Below, in pieces: positions 10,279 through 21,366 of a stretch of 64,000 nucleotides of DNA; positions within the stretch are counted from its first letter, which is position 1, and every line of letters starts with the position of its first letter. The translations under genes and the position numbers were made by a program. The stretch comes from an uncultured Alphaproteobacteria bacterium (GTDB lineage: Bacteria; Pseudomonadota; Alphaproteobacteria; Methylaequorales; Methylaequoraceae). Where the stretch lies: the NCBI GenBank assembly GCA_902526175.1, contig CABZJY010000005.1, forward strand, positions 11,711 to 75,710, read 5' to 3'. The notes beneath the pieces are model-generated. The model saw only the letters and a list, made by a program, of their open reading frames with translations. It had not been told where the DNA came from and did not search any database.

Positions 10279-12206
10279 CGTTTTATTTTCCTATAAAAGT
10301 ATATAAATGTAATAACCAATATTGTTATTAAGAGATAGTGATTTTTTTTTTCTACATTTTCTTTTTTATAAACTTCTAAATTACCTAAATTCTCATTTTT
10401 CTTTTCATCAAACCACCAAAAATCAAATCCCAAATCGTATTTTGACGTTGTTTCGGGTCTTGAGATTTTATTCCAATATGCAACTCTATAGTGCCCTATA
10501 TGAAATTGTGGAATTAAATAGTAGTTAAATAAAAGAATTCTATCAAGAACCTTAGTATAAACAACTAACTCTTCTCTATTACGCGCACTAATCAATCTAT
10601 CTATTATTTCATCGATTACAGAGTTTTTCACCCCAATTATATTTTGGGTACCTGGTTGATCGGCTGCTTCTGAACTCCACCAATTTTTTTGCTCATTTCC
10701 TGGAGAGATTACTGAACCGAAATTAGTTACAACCATATCAAAATCAAATTCTTCAAGTCGTTTTTGATATTGGGAATCGTCCTGAACTGTTCTGATTGAA
10801 ACTTGAATTCCAAGTTTTTTAAAGTTACGTTTTAAAGGTAAGACAATTCTTTCAAAAAGAGGAGATCTTAGGAGTATTTCAAATTTAAACTCTTCTCCTG
10901 TAATTTTATTTGTCAGTATATCATTTTGAATTATCCACCCTTCGTTCTTAAGAATTCTCCTAGCAGTTCTCAAGTTTTTTCTTAAACCGTTTTCTTTATC
11001 ATCTGTTCTTGGAGGCTGATAAATTTCATTGAAAATTTCAGGTGGAATCTTGTCTTTAAATTCCGAAAGTATCTTAAGCTCTTTCTTTGATGGATAATTT
11101 TGGGAAGACAATTCAGAATTATCAAAAAAACTTTTTGTCCTAGTATATGCATCATAAAATAAATTTTTATTTGACCATTCAAAATCAAATGCATAAGTAA
11201 GTGCTTTTCTCACATTTCTATTCTTAAAAATTGGTTTTCTTATATTAAATGCAAAACCTTGCATTCCACTTGGTCTTTCATATGGGATTTCTTCAATAAT
11301 AACTTGCCCTTTTTTTGTTGCATTGAAATCATAGGCCGTTGCCCAATTCTTAGAGGAGTTTTCTAGTCTAAAATCATATGCTCCTGATTTAAAAGCCTCA
11401 AGTGCTACCGTTACATCTCTATAGTAATCAGTATGTATTTCATCAAAGTTATACCTTCCTCTGTTAACATTAAGATTCTTTCCCCAGTAATTAGGATCCC
11501 TTTTAAGAGTTATACTTCTTCCAGGTTTTAAATCTGAAATTAGATATGGTCCACTTCCGATAGGAGGATCTAATGTAGTTTTATCAAATTGTTTATTTGA
11601 CCAATATTTTTTTGAAAAAATTGGTAGTTGATAACCAATAATTAAAGGTAGTTCTCGATTTGTTTCACCTGAAAAATTAAATTGTACTTCTAATTCATTA
11701 ATTTTCAAAACCTCATCAACCTGACTGTAATAATTCTTCCATGCAGGATGTCCTTTCGACATAAGGATTTTAAATGAAAAAATCACATCGTCAGATGTAA
11801 CTTTTGTACCATCAGAGAATTTGGCAAAATTTCTTAATTTGAAACGAACCCACTTTCTGTTATCAGGCAACATAACTTTTTCAGCTAATAGCCCATATTG
11901 ACTAAATGGTTCATCAAATGATGATTTCATTAAAGTTTCAAATAAATAACTGGTTTGATAAGCAGCTACCCCTTTTAATATGTAGGGGTTTAAGTTATCA
12001 AATGTTCCAATAGCAGATAGTTTAATTTTTCCTTTTTTAGGAGCATCAGGATTAGAATATTCAAAATTTTTAAAATTTTTTTTATATTTTAAATCCCCAT
12101 GCATGGCCATCCCATGCATGTAATTAAAAATTTCTTCCTTGACACATATGTTTTTAGGAAAGAACAAAAATGTAACCATATAAAGGGCAATTATTTTAGA
12201 AATCAT
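10275..12206 (-). CDS. yejA: Peptide ABC transporter substrate-binding protein YejA, with C-terminal hydrophobic tail
   Basis: [32 protein letters not shown] end motif. Confidence 0.88.
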   Translation of the reverse strand: MISKIIALYMVTFLFFPKNICVKEEIFNYMHGMAMHGDLKYKKNFKNFEYSNPDAPKKGKIKLSAIGTFDNLNPYILKGVAAYQTSYLFETLMKSSFDEPFSQYGLLAEKVMLPDNRKWVRFKLRNFAKFSDGTKVTSDDVIFSFKILMSKGHPAWKNYYSQVDEVLKINELEVQFNFSGETNRELPLIIGYQLPIFSKKYWSNKQFDKTTLDPPIGSGPYLISDLKPGRSITLKRDPNYWGKNLNVNRGRYNFDEIHTDYYRDVTVALEAFKSGAYDFRLENSSKNWATAYDFNATKKGQVIIEEIPYERPSGMQGFAFNIRKPIFKNRNVRKALTYAFDFEWSNKNLFYDAYTRTKSFFDNSELSSQNYPSKKELKILSEFKDKIPPEIFNEIYQPPRTDDKENGLRKNLRTARRILKNEGWIIQNDILTNKITGEEFKFEILLRSPLFERIVLPLKRNFKKLGIQVSIRTVQDDSQYQKRLEEFDFDMVVTNFGSVISPGNEQKNWWSSEAADQPGTQNIIGVKNSVIDEIIDRLISARNREELVVYTKVLDRILLFNYYLIPQFHIGHYRVAYWNKISRPETTSKYDLGFDFWWFDEKKNENLGNLEVYKKENVEKKNHYLLITILVITFIYFYRKIKR

Positions 12207-12208
12207 AT

Positions 12209-12994
12209 TTATTTTTTTATTGATAATAATTTAATCGCCTCCTCGTAGCATTTTTTTGATGAAGAAGCAATTACCTTACCTTCCGAATTAATATCCAATT
12301 CATTTCCCGACCAATCTGATATAATGCCACCAAGTTCATTTATCAATGCCACTTGAGCTAAGTAATCCCAAGGTTTCATATTATTTTCAATGATAAGGTC
12401 AATTTTTTTTGATAACAAAAGACCATATGCATAACAATCCGTTCCAAAAATTGGAAATTTTGATTGTTTATAAATTTCCTTAATTTTATTTTCATACACA
12501 CCCTCGAACATTAGCGAAGATGTAGATGAGACTATTGACTGATTTAATTTTTTTTTCCTTTCAATAGGCTGGCATCTTTTTTTATTAAAAAAAACACCTA
12601 ACCCTTTTCCACCTACCCACCTTTCTTTTAGGATAGGCACATCAATTAAACCTATTATAGGTATTTTATGAAATGTGAGACAAATTAATGTACCAAAAAG
12701 CGGTTTGCCAGAGATAAAACTATGTGTGCCATCAAGAGGGTCGATAACCCAAACGTATTCAGAATTATTATTGGAGTACCCAAATTCTTCACCATAAATT
12801 CCATGAGAAGGATACGTTTTTTTAACTTCGTGTCTAAATAATTCTTCAATTTCCTTGTCAATATCTGTTACAAAACTTCCATCTTTTTTAGACTCTAAAT
12901 TAAATTTTTTCCTAAATCTTTTAGTTAATATTGTACTGCTTTTATTAGCAAAATTATTTAAAAAATTAACAAACGAATCAAACTCACTTTTCAT
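12209..12994 (-). CDS. hisN: Inositol monophosphatase family, probable histidinol-phosphate phosphatase
   Basis: GEEFG, WVIDPLDGTHSFISGKPLFGTLI, MKPWDYLA. Confidence 0.7.
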   Translation of the reverse strand: MKSEFDSFVNFLNNFANKSSTILTKRFRKKFNLESKKDGSFVTDIDKEIEELFRHEVKKTYPSHGIYGEEFGYSNNNSEYVWVIDPLDGTHSFISGKPLFGTLICLTFHKIPIIGLIDVPILKERWVGGKGLGVFFNKKRCQPIERKKKLNQSIVSSTSSLMFEGVYENKIKEIYKQSKFPIFGTDCYAYGLLLSKKIDLIIENNMKPWDYLAQVALINELGGIISDWSGNELDINSEGKVIASSSKKCYEEAIKLLSIKK

Positions 12995-13506
12995 TATTTA
13001 AGTGATTTCAAATATTGAATAAGATTCACCCTATCTTCAGATTTTTTCAAACCTTTATATATCATTTTTGTTCCAGAAATATAGTTTTTTGGATTCTCAA
13101 GAAAAAAGTAAAGATTTTCAACTGACCATTCTTTTTTAAAGTTTTTAAGTGACTCAGAATATTCAAAGTTTTCTTCTAAAGCCGACTGTTTCCCTACAAT
13201 CGACCATAATGGTGGGCCAACTTTTATTTTTTTACTTTTTTCTAAGTCATGACAACCAGCGCACTGCTTTGCAATTTTCTTACCTTTTTCAAAATTGGCA
13301 TTAATAAATAAATTGTCGAAATCTATTTTATTTTTTAAATTTTTACTTAAAGGTTTTTCTTCATTTTTTTTATCAATCTCCTCAACAGAAGATGAGACAG
13401 AATAGACATTTTTTATATTTTTTTTTGGAAAAAAGATGTCATCAATTAGAAATAATGATTGTATTATTAAAAGTACTGTAATTATGGATAGAAAATATTT
13501 ATTCAT
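12994..13506 (-). CDS. cycM: Membrane-anchored class I cytochrome c (CycM/c552-like)
   Basis: N-terminal TM, CAGCH heme motif, GPPLW, GTKM Met ligand; divergent from kdsB-pheA as in other alphaproteobacteria. Confidence 0.8.
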   Translation of the reverse strand: MNKYFLSIITVLLIIQSLFLIDDIFFPKKNIKNVYSVSSSVEEIDKKNEEKPLSKNLKNKIDFDNLFINANFEKGKKIAKQCAGCHDLEKSKKIKVGPPLWSIVGKQSALEENFEYSESLKNFKKEWSVENLYFFLENPKNYISGTKMIYKGLKKSEDRVNLIQYLKSLK

Positions 13507-13561
13507 TACGAGAGATTCTTAATTTACATATAGAATTTTACAGAAAAAAAAAAAAGAATAA

Positions 13562-14305
13562 ATGATTAGTAAAAAAAAAATTTTAATAATAATTCCTAGT
13601 AGATTAAAATCTACAAGATTAAAGACAAAAGCATTGAGAATGATCCTAAAAAAACAAATGATTATTAGGGTTGTTGAACAAACAATGAAATTTAAAGTAG
13701 GAAGAGTTATTGTAGCAGCAGGCGACAAAAAAATTCAAAAATTATTAATTAGAAATAGCTTCGAATCATATTTGAGTGTAAATAGTCACAATAGTGGAAC
13801 AGATAGGATACAAGAGATATACAAAAATTTTTTTAATGGTTATGATTATATATTAAATTTGCAAGGTGATATGCCGTACTTCAAAAAAGAGTTATTAACA
13901 GACACCTTATCCCTTTTAGAAGATGATCAGGCGGATATCGGTACTGCTGCTTGTATTCTAGACCCAGCAGATTATCAAAATCAAAATGTAGTAAAAGTGA
14001 GAGTTAGTTTTAAAAATAAGCAAGGTTTCGCGCAAGATTTTATTAGAAATGTTAAAAGCGTTAATCAATGTTATCATCACATAGGCATTTATGCGTTTAG
14101 ACCAAAGTCTTTAGAGAATTTTGTAATGTTAAAGCAATCCAAGAATGAAAAAAACAGAGGGTTAGAACAGATGAGAGCTCTAGATAATGGCATGAAAATT
14201 AAAGTAGCTCTTATAAATTCAAAACCATTTAGTGTTGATACAAAGGAAGATTTAATAAAAATTAGAAATTTTTTGAAACACAAACTAAGTGCAATTAGGT
14301 GCTAA
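13562..14305 (+). CDS. kdsB: 3-deoxy-manno-octulosonate cytidylyltransferase
   Basis: IIIPSRLKSTRL, SGTDRI, NLQGD, HHIGIYAF, LEQMRAL. Confidence 0.93.
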   Translation: MISKKKILIIIPSRLKSTRLKTKALRMILKKQMIIRVVEQTMKFKVGRVIVAAGDKKIQKLLIRNSFESYLSVNSHNSGTDRIQEIYKNFFNGYDYILNLQGDMPYFKKELLTDTLSLLEDDQADIGTAACILDPADYQNQNVVKVRVSFKNKQGFAQDFIRNVKSVNQCYHHIGIYAFRPKSLENFVMLKQSKNEKNRGLEQMRALDNGMKIKVALINSKPFSVDTKEDLIKIRNFLKHKLSAIRC

Positions 14306-14306
14306 A

Positions 14307-15140
14307 ATGAATATTATTTCATTTCAAGGTCTACCCGGTGCATACTCTCACTTAGTTTGTAAAAAATATTACCCAGACTTTAAAACTTTGCCTTGCGAAA
14401 ATTTTGAAGATACCTTCAAAGCAGTAGAAATGAAGAAAGCCGACCTTGCAATGATTCCTATAGAAAATAGTACAGCGGGAAGGGTCGCTGATATCCATTA
14501 CTTAATCCAAAATACAAAATTAAAAATTGTAGCCGAACATTATCAAAAAGTAGAACATTGTTTGCTGTCCAAAAAAAATACAAAACTCATTGATATTAAA
14601 AAAATTTACAGTCATGAACAAGCAATTCTACAGTGTCGAAATACAATTAAAAAATACGGCATAAAAACAGTCAATTACTTAGATACCGCAGGTGCTGCAA
14701 AATTAATCTCAGAATCCAAAGATAAAAGTAAAGCTGCTATAGCATCTTCATTAGCTGCTGAAATATATGGGCTAGAAATTAAAAAAAAGCAGTTACAGGA
14801 TAAACAAAATAACACAACAAGATTTTTGGTTTTTTCAAAAAAAAGTGTTGAAGTTTCTACTAAAAAAAAAGTTAGAACAACATTAGTTTTTAAAACAAAA
14901 AATGTACCTGCAGGTTTGTATATGGCCTTAGGAGGATTTGCAAAAAATGGAATAAATTTATCTAGGCTAGAAAGTTTTTTTGTAAATGAACAATTCAAAC
15001 AGTCATGGTTTATTGTTGACGTTGACTGTCATCCCGAATTAAAAAGTTTTAAAAAAGCTATTACGGAGTTAAAAAAATATTCATTAGTTATAAACATATT
15101 AGGCTATTATGAAGCCGCAAATTTAATTACTAAGAAATAA
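14307..15140 (+). CDS. pheA: Prephenate dehydratase
   Basis: FQGLPGAYS, PIENSTAGRV, NTTRF, ACT domain; ATG at 14307 preferred over GTG at 14289. Confidence 0.93.
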   Translation: MNIISFQGLPGAYSHLVCKKYYPDFKTLPCENFEDTFKAVEMKKADLAMIPIENSTAGRVADIHYLIQNTKLKIVAEHYQKVEHCLLSKKNTKLIDIKKIYSHEQAILQCRNTIKKYGIKTVNYLDTAGAAKLISESKDKSKAAIASSLAAEIYGLEIKKKQLQDKQNNTTRFLVFSKKSVEVSTKKKVRTTLVFKTKNVPAGLYMALGGFAKNGINLSRLESFFVNEQFKQSWFIVDVDCHPELKSFKKAITELKKYSLVINILGYYEAANLITKK

Positions 15141-15176
15141 ATTTAAAAAAATATAAAGTAATGTTAAATTTAAATT

Positions 15177-15268
15177 GGGGGTTGAATTTAGGCAGTATTA
15201 TCGCTAACCCGGTCAGGACTGAAAAGTAGCAGCCGTAACGATCAAATATTGGGTTAGATTCAACTCCT
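15177..15268 (+). ncRNA. ffs: Bacterial small SRP RNA (4.5S)
   Basis: Core CCGGTCAGG-ACT-GAAA-AGT-AGCAGCC; ends pair over about 14 bp (GGGGTTGAATTTAG / TTAGATTCAACTCC); directly upstream of dnaX. Confidence 0.92.
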
Positions 15269-15278
15269 TAGAGGAAAA

Positions 15279-16970
15279 ATGATAAATAATCAATACTTAG
15301 TTCTAGCAAGAAAATATAGACCACAAAAATTTTCGGATTTAATAGGTCAAGACGATATAGTTCAAATATTAAAAGGTGCTATTGAAAACAATAGATTAGC
15401 GCATGCATACTTGCTTTCAGGTACAAGAGGTGTTGGTAAGACAACTTTAGCACGACTTATTGCCAAAATAGTAAATTGTTTAGCAAGAGCTAAAATTAAT
15501 GATTTTGATCCATGTGGGACGTGCGAAAATTGCAACTCTATAAACTCTTCTAGTAATATTGATGTTGTTGAAATAGATGCAGCAAGCAAAACAGGGGTTT
15601 CCGACGTAAGAGAGATAATAGAGAATGTTAATTATAAAGCTGTAACAGCATTGAAAAAAGTTTTTATAATTGATGAGGTACATATGTTATCTAAAGCAGC
15701 TTTTAACGCATTACTAAAAACTTTAGAGGAACCTCCATTGGATGTTTTGTTTGTTCTTGCAACCACTGAAACAGAAAAAGTTCCAGTTACAATATTGTCA
15801 AGGTGTCAACATTTTGGTTTAAAGAGGTTATCATTAAAAGATATATCCGAACATCTAATTAAAATTTCTAAACTTGAAAAAATAAATTTAGATCACGAGT
15901 GTTCCATGATGATTGCCAGATCTGCTGAGGGGTCCTTAAGAGATGCTCTTTCTTTATTAGATAATGTATTTGCTAGGGGCAATAATATAACTAAGGATCT
16001 AGTAAAAGATGTACTTTGTATCGAAGACTTTTCAAACATTCTTCAATTATTTAAATTTATTTGTGAAGCAGAAGTTGAAAAAGCACTTAAATCAGTTGAA
16101 AAATTCTATTTTGATGGATGTTCTTTTGAACTGATAGCAAGAGATCTCCTAAATATAACTTATCAAATAACAAGAATAAAATGTTCCAATACTATCGATG
16201 ATACATCTCTTACTGACTATGAGCTAGGGGAATATAGAAATTTTGCAAAGTTTTTAGACATGGATGTACTTATACGACTGTATGAATTTATGGAGAAATA
16301 TTTTTCAGAACTTTCTAACGCTTTTGATCAAAAAAAATCATTTGAAATGACTGTTATGAGATTGTGTTATATCATTTTGTTACCATCACCTTTTGAACCT
16401 GAGAAGAATAAATTGCCTAGAGATGATTTATTTGAATCTGGTTTAGATAATACTAAAAAAAATGAAAAATCAATAAATGAAAAGGAAGGTGAAATAGAAG
16501 AAAAACTTGCTTCAACAAGTGATAATAAAAACTCTAATATTAAAGATTGTGATTACAATCTTGATTCTTCAGAGAAAGAAAAGTTTAAGAAATTTAGTGA
16601 ATTAGTGTCAATCATAGAGTCCCAAGGTGATTTAGTTTTAGCCCACAAATTAAAAAATAATTTTAAGCTCATTTCAATTAAGGATAATGAAAAAAATAAA
16701 CCATGTGAACTAGAACTTGAAAATTTTAAAAATGAAAAAATTAAAAGTAGCCAACTATGGGAGTTATCTAAAATGTTAGAAAGTGCAACAAAAAAAAGAT
16801 GGATAGTATCACTTTCTTACCAAAAAGGAATAGAAACATTAGGTGAAATAGAAATGAAGAATCATCAAGAGTTAATAAGTAAAATTTCTAAAGAAAGCTC
16901 TATAAAAAAAATACTTGAAATCATTCCCAATTCTAAAGTAACTTCAATAGAAAAAATGGAGAAAAAATGA
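15279..16970 (+). CDS. dnaX: DNA polymerase III subunit gamma/tau
   Basis: LARKYRPQKF, GTRGVGKTT, IDEVHMLS, SRCQ. Confidence 0.97.
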   Translation: MINNQYLVLARKYRPQKFSDLIGQDDIVQILKGAIENNRLAHAYLLSGTRGVGKTTLARLIAKIVNCLARAKINDFDPCGTCENCNSINSSSNIDVVEIDAASKTGVSDVREIIENVNYKAVTALKKVFIIDEVHMLSKAAFNALLKTLEEPPLDVLFVLATTETEKVPVTILSRCQHFGLKRLSLKDISEHLIKISKLEKINLDHECSMMIARSAEGSLRDALSLLDNVFARGNNITKDLVKDVLCIEDFSNILQLFKFICEAEVEKALKSVEKFYFDGCSFELIARDLLNITYQITRIKCSNTIDDTSLTDYELGEYRNFAKFLDMDVLIRLYEFMEKYFSELSNAFDQKKSFEMTVMRLCYIILLPSPFEPEKNKLPRDDLFESGLDNTKKNEKSINEKEGEIEEKLASTSDNKNSNIKDCDYNLDSSEKEKFKKFSELVSIIESQGDLVLAHKLKNNFKLISIKDNEKNKPCELELENFKNEKIKSSQLWELSKMLESATKKRWIVSLSYQKGIETLGEIEMKNHQELISKISKESSIKKILEIIPNSKVTSIEKMEKK

Positions 16971-17290
16971 ATAACATGTCAAATATAATGAAACAAGCAA
17001 AAGCAATGCAAGACAAAATGCAAGAATTGCAAAAGAAAGTAGAGAATACTGAAGTTGAAGGTACAGCAGGCGGGGGTCTTGTAAAAATAACTATTAATGG
17101 GAAACATCAAGCCTCAAAAGTAAAAATTGATTCATCTCTTGTAGACAAAAATGAAATTGATGTGCTTGAAGATTTAATACTTGCAGCATTAAACGATGCA
17201 ACAAAAAAAGTATCAGAGAATATGAACTCTGAGCTTGGTTCAATAACTGGGGGTTTAAATCTCCCTCCAGGAATGAAATTACCATTTTAA
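16967..17290 (+). CDS. ybaB: YbaB/EbfC nucleoid-associated protein
   Basis: MKQAKAMQ...GGGLVKI...LEDLILAALNDA; synteny. Confidence 0.93.
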   Translation: MNNMSNIMKQAKAMQDKMQELQKKVENTEVEGTAGGGLVKITINGKHQASKVKIDSSLVDKNEIDVLEDLILAALNDATKKVSENMNSELGSITGGLNLPPGMKLPF

Positions 17291-17296
17291 CCTGTA

Positions 17297-17890
17297 ATGT
17301 CATCTTCTATTGAGGAGCTAATTTATCTTTTTTCTAGATTACCAGGTTTAGGACCTAAATCCTCACGAAGAATCGTGCTGCATTTACTAAAAGACAAAAA
17401 TAATTTGTTAAATGACTCTATCAGGTACTTAACGAATATTAAAAAAGATATCAAACATTGTATTTGTGGAAATATTGATATTCAAACACCCTGCTATATT
17501 TGTAGAGATAACAAAAGAGAAAAAAATAAAATTTGTGTTGTCGAAGAAATTAGTGATTTGTGGGCAATTGAGAAGACAAATACCTTTAAAGGAAATTATC
17601 ATGTGCTAGGAGGAATTTTGTCAGCGGTAGATGGTATTGGACCAGAAGAGTTAAATTTGGGAGTTCTTTTTGAAAAATGCAAAAAAGAAGGTGAAATTAA
17701 GGAGATAATACTTGCAACAAACTCAACAATGGAGGGTCAGCTTACTGCACAATACATTGCCGAACAATTACTGGAATCAGGTGTTTTTGTAACTAGATTA
17801 GCTCACGGGATGCCGATAGGAAGTGAGCTTGATTTTATTGATGAAGGTACTTTATCAACAGCATTTAAATTGAGATCACAGTTTAAGTAA
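17297..17890 (+). CDS. recR: Recombination mediator RecR
   Basis: LPGLGPKS, Zn finger, YHVLGG, TOPRIM domain, RLAHGMPIG. Confidence 0.96.
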   Translation: MSSSIEELIYLFSRLPGLGPKSSRRIVLHLLKDKNNLLNDSIRYLTNIKKDIKHCICGNIDIQTPCYICRDNKREKNKICVVEEISDLWAIEKTNTFKGNYHVLGGILSAVDGIGPEELNLGVLFEKCKKEGEIKEIILATNSTMEGQLTAQYIAEQLLESGVFVTRLAHGMPIGSELDFIDEGTLSTAFKLRSQFK

Positions 17891-18032
17891 TAAAATAATG
17901 TAATTTTAATCAAGTTTTATAGAATATATCTAATTAGATACCTCAGGTAGTCTTTAGTAAAAATTGTTAAAGATAAAAAATGTTTATGGTATTATTTCAA
18001 TATCTTGTTTATATATTTAATAAAGTAACAAA

Positions 18033-18548
18033 ATGCCAAATCTTCAAATAATAACTATACCTAATCCTTTATTAAAAAAAAAGTCCGAAGAAGTGAAAGA
18101 ATTTGATCAAAATCTAAAAAATACAATTCGAAATATGTATGATACTTTGTACTCTTCTGGAAATGGGATTGGTCTTGCTGCACCACAGGTTGGTATCATG
18201 AAAAGAATCGTGGTTATAGATATAAAAGAAAAAGATAAGTCTAATCCAATAACATTTATAAACCCAAAAATTGTTAAAAGATCTAAAGAAACTTTTGTTA
18301 ATGAAGAAGGTTGTTTATCAATACCAGATTTTTTTTCTAATGTAGAAAGATACAAAGAAGTAGAAGTACAATGGCTAAGTGAAAATGGGGACTTAAGATC
18401 TGCAAACTATAATGGTCTAATGTCAATATGTATTCAACACGAAATAGATCACTTAAATGGAGTATTGTTTATTGATCATTTATCTAAAATTAAAAGAAAG
18501 ATGGCCGTAGAGAAGGTTTTAAAGCAAAAGAAAAAAAAAAAAAACTAA
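18033..18548 (+). CDS. def: Peptide deformylase
   Basis: GIGLAAPQVG, EGCLS, QHEIDHLNG. Confidence 0.97.
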   Translation: MPNLQIITIPNPLLKKKSEEVKEFDQNLKNTIRNMYDTLYSSGNGIGLAAPQVGIMKRIVVIDIKEKDKSNPITFINPKIVKRSKETFVNEEGCLSIPDFFSNVERYKEVEVQWLSENGDLRSANYNGLMSICIQHEIDHLNGVLFIDHLSKIKRKMAVEKVLKQKKKKKN

Positions 18549-18551
18549 TAA

Positions 18552-19502
18552 ATGTCGAAAATCGAAAATATTAGTATTGGGTTTTTTGGGACATCAATAT
18601 TTGCTCTGAAAGCATTATCAAAATTATACGAAAATCAGGTTAATATAAAATTTGTTGTTTCTCAAACACCTAAACCATCTGGAAGAGGAAATAGAATTTC
18701 GGATTCACCAGTAGGTGATTTTGCAAAAAAAAAAAACCTTTCTTTGCTATGTCCAAATAAATTAGATGAAGAATTTTATAATCAGATTTCAAGTTATAAT
18801 ATTGATTTTATTGTTGTTGTTGCTTACGGAAAGTTATTAACAAGAAAAATACTAAGACTTCCGAAGTTTTTTTGTTTAAATATTCATGCATCAATTTTAC
18901 CTAAATGGAGAGGAGCTGCACCGATACAAAGAGCAATTTTGAATTCAGATAAAAAAACAGGAGTATCGATAATGATTCTTGAAGAAAACCTTGATTCTGG
19001 TCCAGTTATTATGAATAAAGCAATATGTATTGAAAAAAACGATAATGCAGGAACATTACACGAGAAACTTTCAGTCATCGGAAGTGAATTAATTTTAAAA
19101 GCTCTAGAAGATATTTTTAATAATAAATATTCCACAAAAAAGCAAAAAGAGAGTGAAGCAACTTATGCAGAAAAAATTTTAAAAAGTGAAACAAAAATTG
19201 ATTGGTCAGAAAATGCTCAAATTATAAATAATAAGGTAAGAGCTTTTTACCCGTGGCCAGGTGCTTGGACATATCTTCACAAAAAAAATAAAAAAATTAG
19301 AATTAAAATAGTTGAAACCGAGGTAATAAATTCACCAGAAGCTTTGTCTAAAGAAAATTTAAGAGCCGCTGAAAAAAACTTGATTGTAAAATGTAACGAG
19401 AGTTATTTAAAAATAAAAAAGTTGCAACCTGAGGGAAAAAAAATTTTGAATTACTCAGATTTTTTAAATGGGCTCTCTAATCAAAATTTTTTTTTTAAAT
19501 AA
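18552..19502 (+). CDS. fmt: Methionyl-tRNA formyltransferase
   Basis: NIHASILPKWRGAAPIQ, LDSG. Confidence 0.96.
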   Translation: MSKIENISIGFFGTSIFALKALSKLYENQVNIKFVVSQTPKPSGRGNRISDSPVGDFAKKKNLSLLCPNKLDEEFYNQISSYNIDFIVVVAYGKLLTRKILRLPKFFCLNIHASILPKWRGAAPIQRAILNSDKKTGVSIMILEENLDSGPVIMNKAICIEKNDNAGTLHEKLSVIGSELILKALEDIFNNKYSTKKQKESEATYAEKILKSETKIDWSENAQIINNKVRAFYPWPGAWTYLHKKNKKIRIKIVETEVINSPEALSKENLRAAEKNLIVKCNESYLKIKKLQPEGKKILNYSDFLNGLSNQNFFFK

Positions 19503-20239
19503 TGATAGTTAAACTTATAATTGAATACGATGGGACAGATTATGTTGGATGGCAAAAACAAAAGAATGGAAAATCTATTCAAGGTGAAATTGAAAAGTGT
19601 TTAAATAAAATTTTTGACAAAAATATAAAATTATTTGTAGCAGGAAGAACAGATGCTGGAGTTCATGCTCTTGGTCAAGTCGCTCATTTTGAAATAGATA
19701 CTAAAATAGAACCCAAAAAAATTGGATTGGCAATAAATTACTTTCTTGGGAAAGAAAATAAAATCGTAATAAAAAAATCTTCAATAGAAAATAAAAAATT
19801 CCATAGTAGATTTTCTGCTATTGAACGAATTTATGAATATAAGATATTAAACAAGAGAGTTTATTCTCCTTTACTTTTGAATAGGATGTGGTTTATACCC
19901 TTCAATATTGACTCTAATCTTATTCAGTCTGCATCTCAAGTTTTTATTGGTACTCATGATTTTAATTCATTTAGATCATCAGACTGTCAGTCAAAAAGCT
20001 CAATAAGAACAATCAATAAAATAGAAATAATTAAATCTGGATATCAAATTACACTAAGATTTAGGGCTAAATCCTTTTTGCATAATCAGGTTAGAATACT
20101 CGTTGGAAGTTTAGTCAATGTTGGAAGAAAGGTTTGGGATAAAGATAAACTTATACAAATTTTAAAATCAAAAAATAGAGCTCTTTCAGGTCAAACAGCT
20201 CCAGCTTGTGGGCTATATTTAAAGAGAGTTCGTTACTAA
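19502..20239 (+). CDS. truA: tRNA pseudouridine(38-40) synthase
   Basis: EYDGTDYVGWQ, AGRTDAGVHA, FLHNQVR. Confidence 0.96.
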   Translation: MIVKLIIEYDGTDYVGWQKQKNGKSIQGEIEKCLNKIFDKNIKLFVAGRTDAGVHALGQVAHFEIDTKIEPKKIGLAINYFLGKENKIVIKKSSIENKKFHSRFSAIERIYEYKILNKRVYSPLLLNRMWFIPFNIDSNLIQSASQVFIGTHDFNSFRSSDCQSKSSIRTINKIEIIKSGYQITLRFRAKSFLHNQVRILVGSLVNVGRKVWDKDKLIQILKSKNRALSGQTAPACGLYLKRVRY

Positions 20240-21363
20240 GAATATACTCTAGTCAAAAGATCTATATATATTTCTGATAAAAGATCTAAATCTTTTATTT
20301 TGACTTTCTCATCAATCTGATGCATTGTTTCTCCAACTGATCCAAACTCAACAACTGGACAAATTTTTGAAATAAAACGTGCATCAGATGTTCCCCCTGA
20401 TGTACTAAATTCTACGTTTTCCTTTGTAATTTCAAAAATTGATTTTTCAAGATGATTATTTAAGATAACAGATTGATTAAGAAATGATTCACCGGAGATT
20501 TTTGTACTTAATTCATAATGAGATTCTAAATTGTCTAGTCTCTCCTTCAATGTTTTTATCAATGTCTTTGAATTGTAAAGATTATTAAATCTAATGTTGA
20601 ATTTTGCTGTTACTTTTTCAGGTATGAGATTGGTAACTTTATTTTCTGTATCAATTGAAGTAATTTCAAGATTAGTTGGAGGAAAAAATTTATTTCCTCT
20701 ATCAAATGGTTTTTTTAGCTCACTGCATAATTTAATTAGATCTGTAATTGGATTTTTAGCTTTTTCTGGATAGGCGACGTGTCCTTGCTTACCTTTTACT
20801 GTTAAATTACAGTTTATACTTCCACGTCTACCTATTTTAGCCATATCACCAATTTTTTTTCTACTTGTAGGTTCACCTACAAGGCAAAAATCAATCTTAA
20901 TTTTTTCTTTTTTTAACCATTCTATAACTTTTTTAGTACCAAACTCTGCATCACCTTCTTCATCTGATGTTAATATAAAACTTATTGTTCCCTTAAAATC
21001 TTTTGTTTTTTTTAGAAAGTTATTAACAGCATTAACAAAGGCTGCGATAGCACTTTTCATGTCACAAGCGCCTCTTCCAAATATGTAACCATTTTTTTTT
21101 GTTGCCTTAAAAGGATCTGATTTCCAATTATCTCCCGGGGGTACTACATCAACATGACCAGCAAAGCAAAAATGTGTTCCAGATCCTCTTGAAAAATGTG
21201 CATATATATTTTTTGTTTTGTTTGGAGTATTCCCAAAATTAAGTTTTTTACATTTAAAACCCATATTTAAAAGTACCTTGGTTATAAATTCTAAGCATCC
21301 ATCATCGTTTGGCGTAATGCTTTTAAATGATATTAGTTTTGTTAACAATTCAACTAAACTCAT
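20236..21363 (-). CDS. dapE: Succinyl-diaminopimelate desuccinylase
   Basis: FAGHVDVVP, GRGACDMK, DEEG, GRRGS, GHVAYP. Confidence 0.95.
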   Translation of the reverse strand: MSLVELLTKLISFKSITPNDDGCLEFITKVLLNMGFKCKKLNFGNTPNKTKNIYAHFSRGSGTHFCFAGHVDVVPPGDNWKSDPFKATKKNGYIFGRGACDMKSAIAAFVNAVNNFLKKTKDFKGTISFILTSDEEGDAEFGTKKVIEWLKKEKIKIDFCLVGEPTSRKKIGDMAKIGRRGSINCNLTVKGKQGHVAYPEKAKNPITDLIKLCSELKKPFDRGNKFFPPTNLEITSIDTENKVTNLIPEKVTAKFNIRFNNLYNSKTLIKTLKERLDNLESHYELSTKISGESFLNQSVILNNHLEKSIFEITKENVEFSTSGGTSDARFISKICPVVEFGSVGETMHQIDEKVKIKDLDLLSEIYIDLLTRVYS

Positions 21364-21366
21364 TTT

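Noticed and set aside
16300-16480. A8 runs in dnaX as a possible gamma/tau frameshift signal
   Set aside because: No A-AAA-AAG plus hairpin seen, and A8-A11 runs are common throughout the window
17927-17940. Perfect 14-bp palindrome TATCTAATTAGATA between recR and def
   Set aside because: 12/14 AT; many such palindromes are expected by chance at this composition
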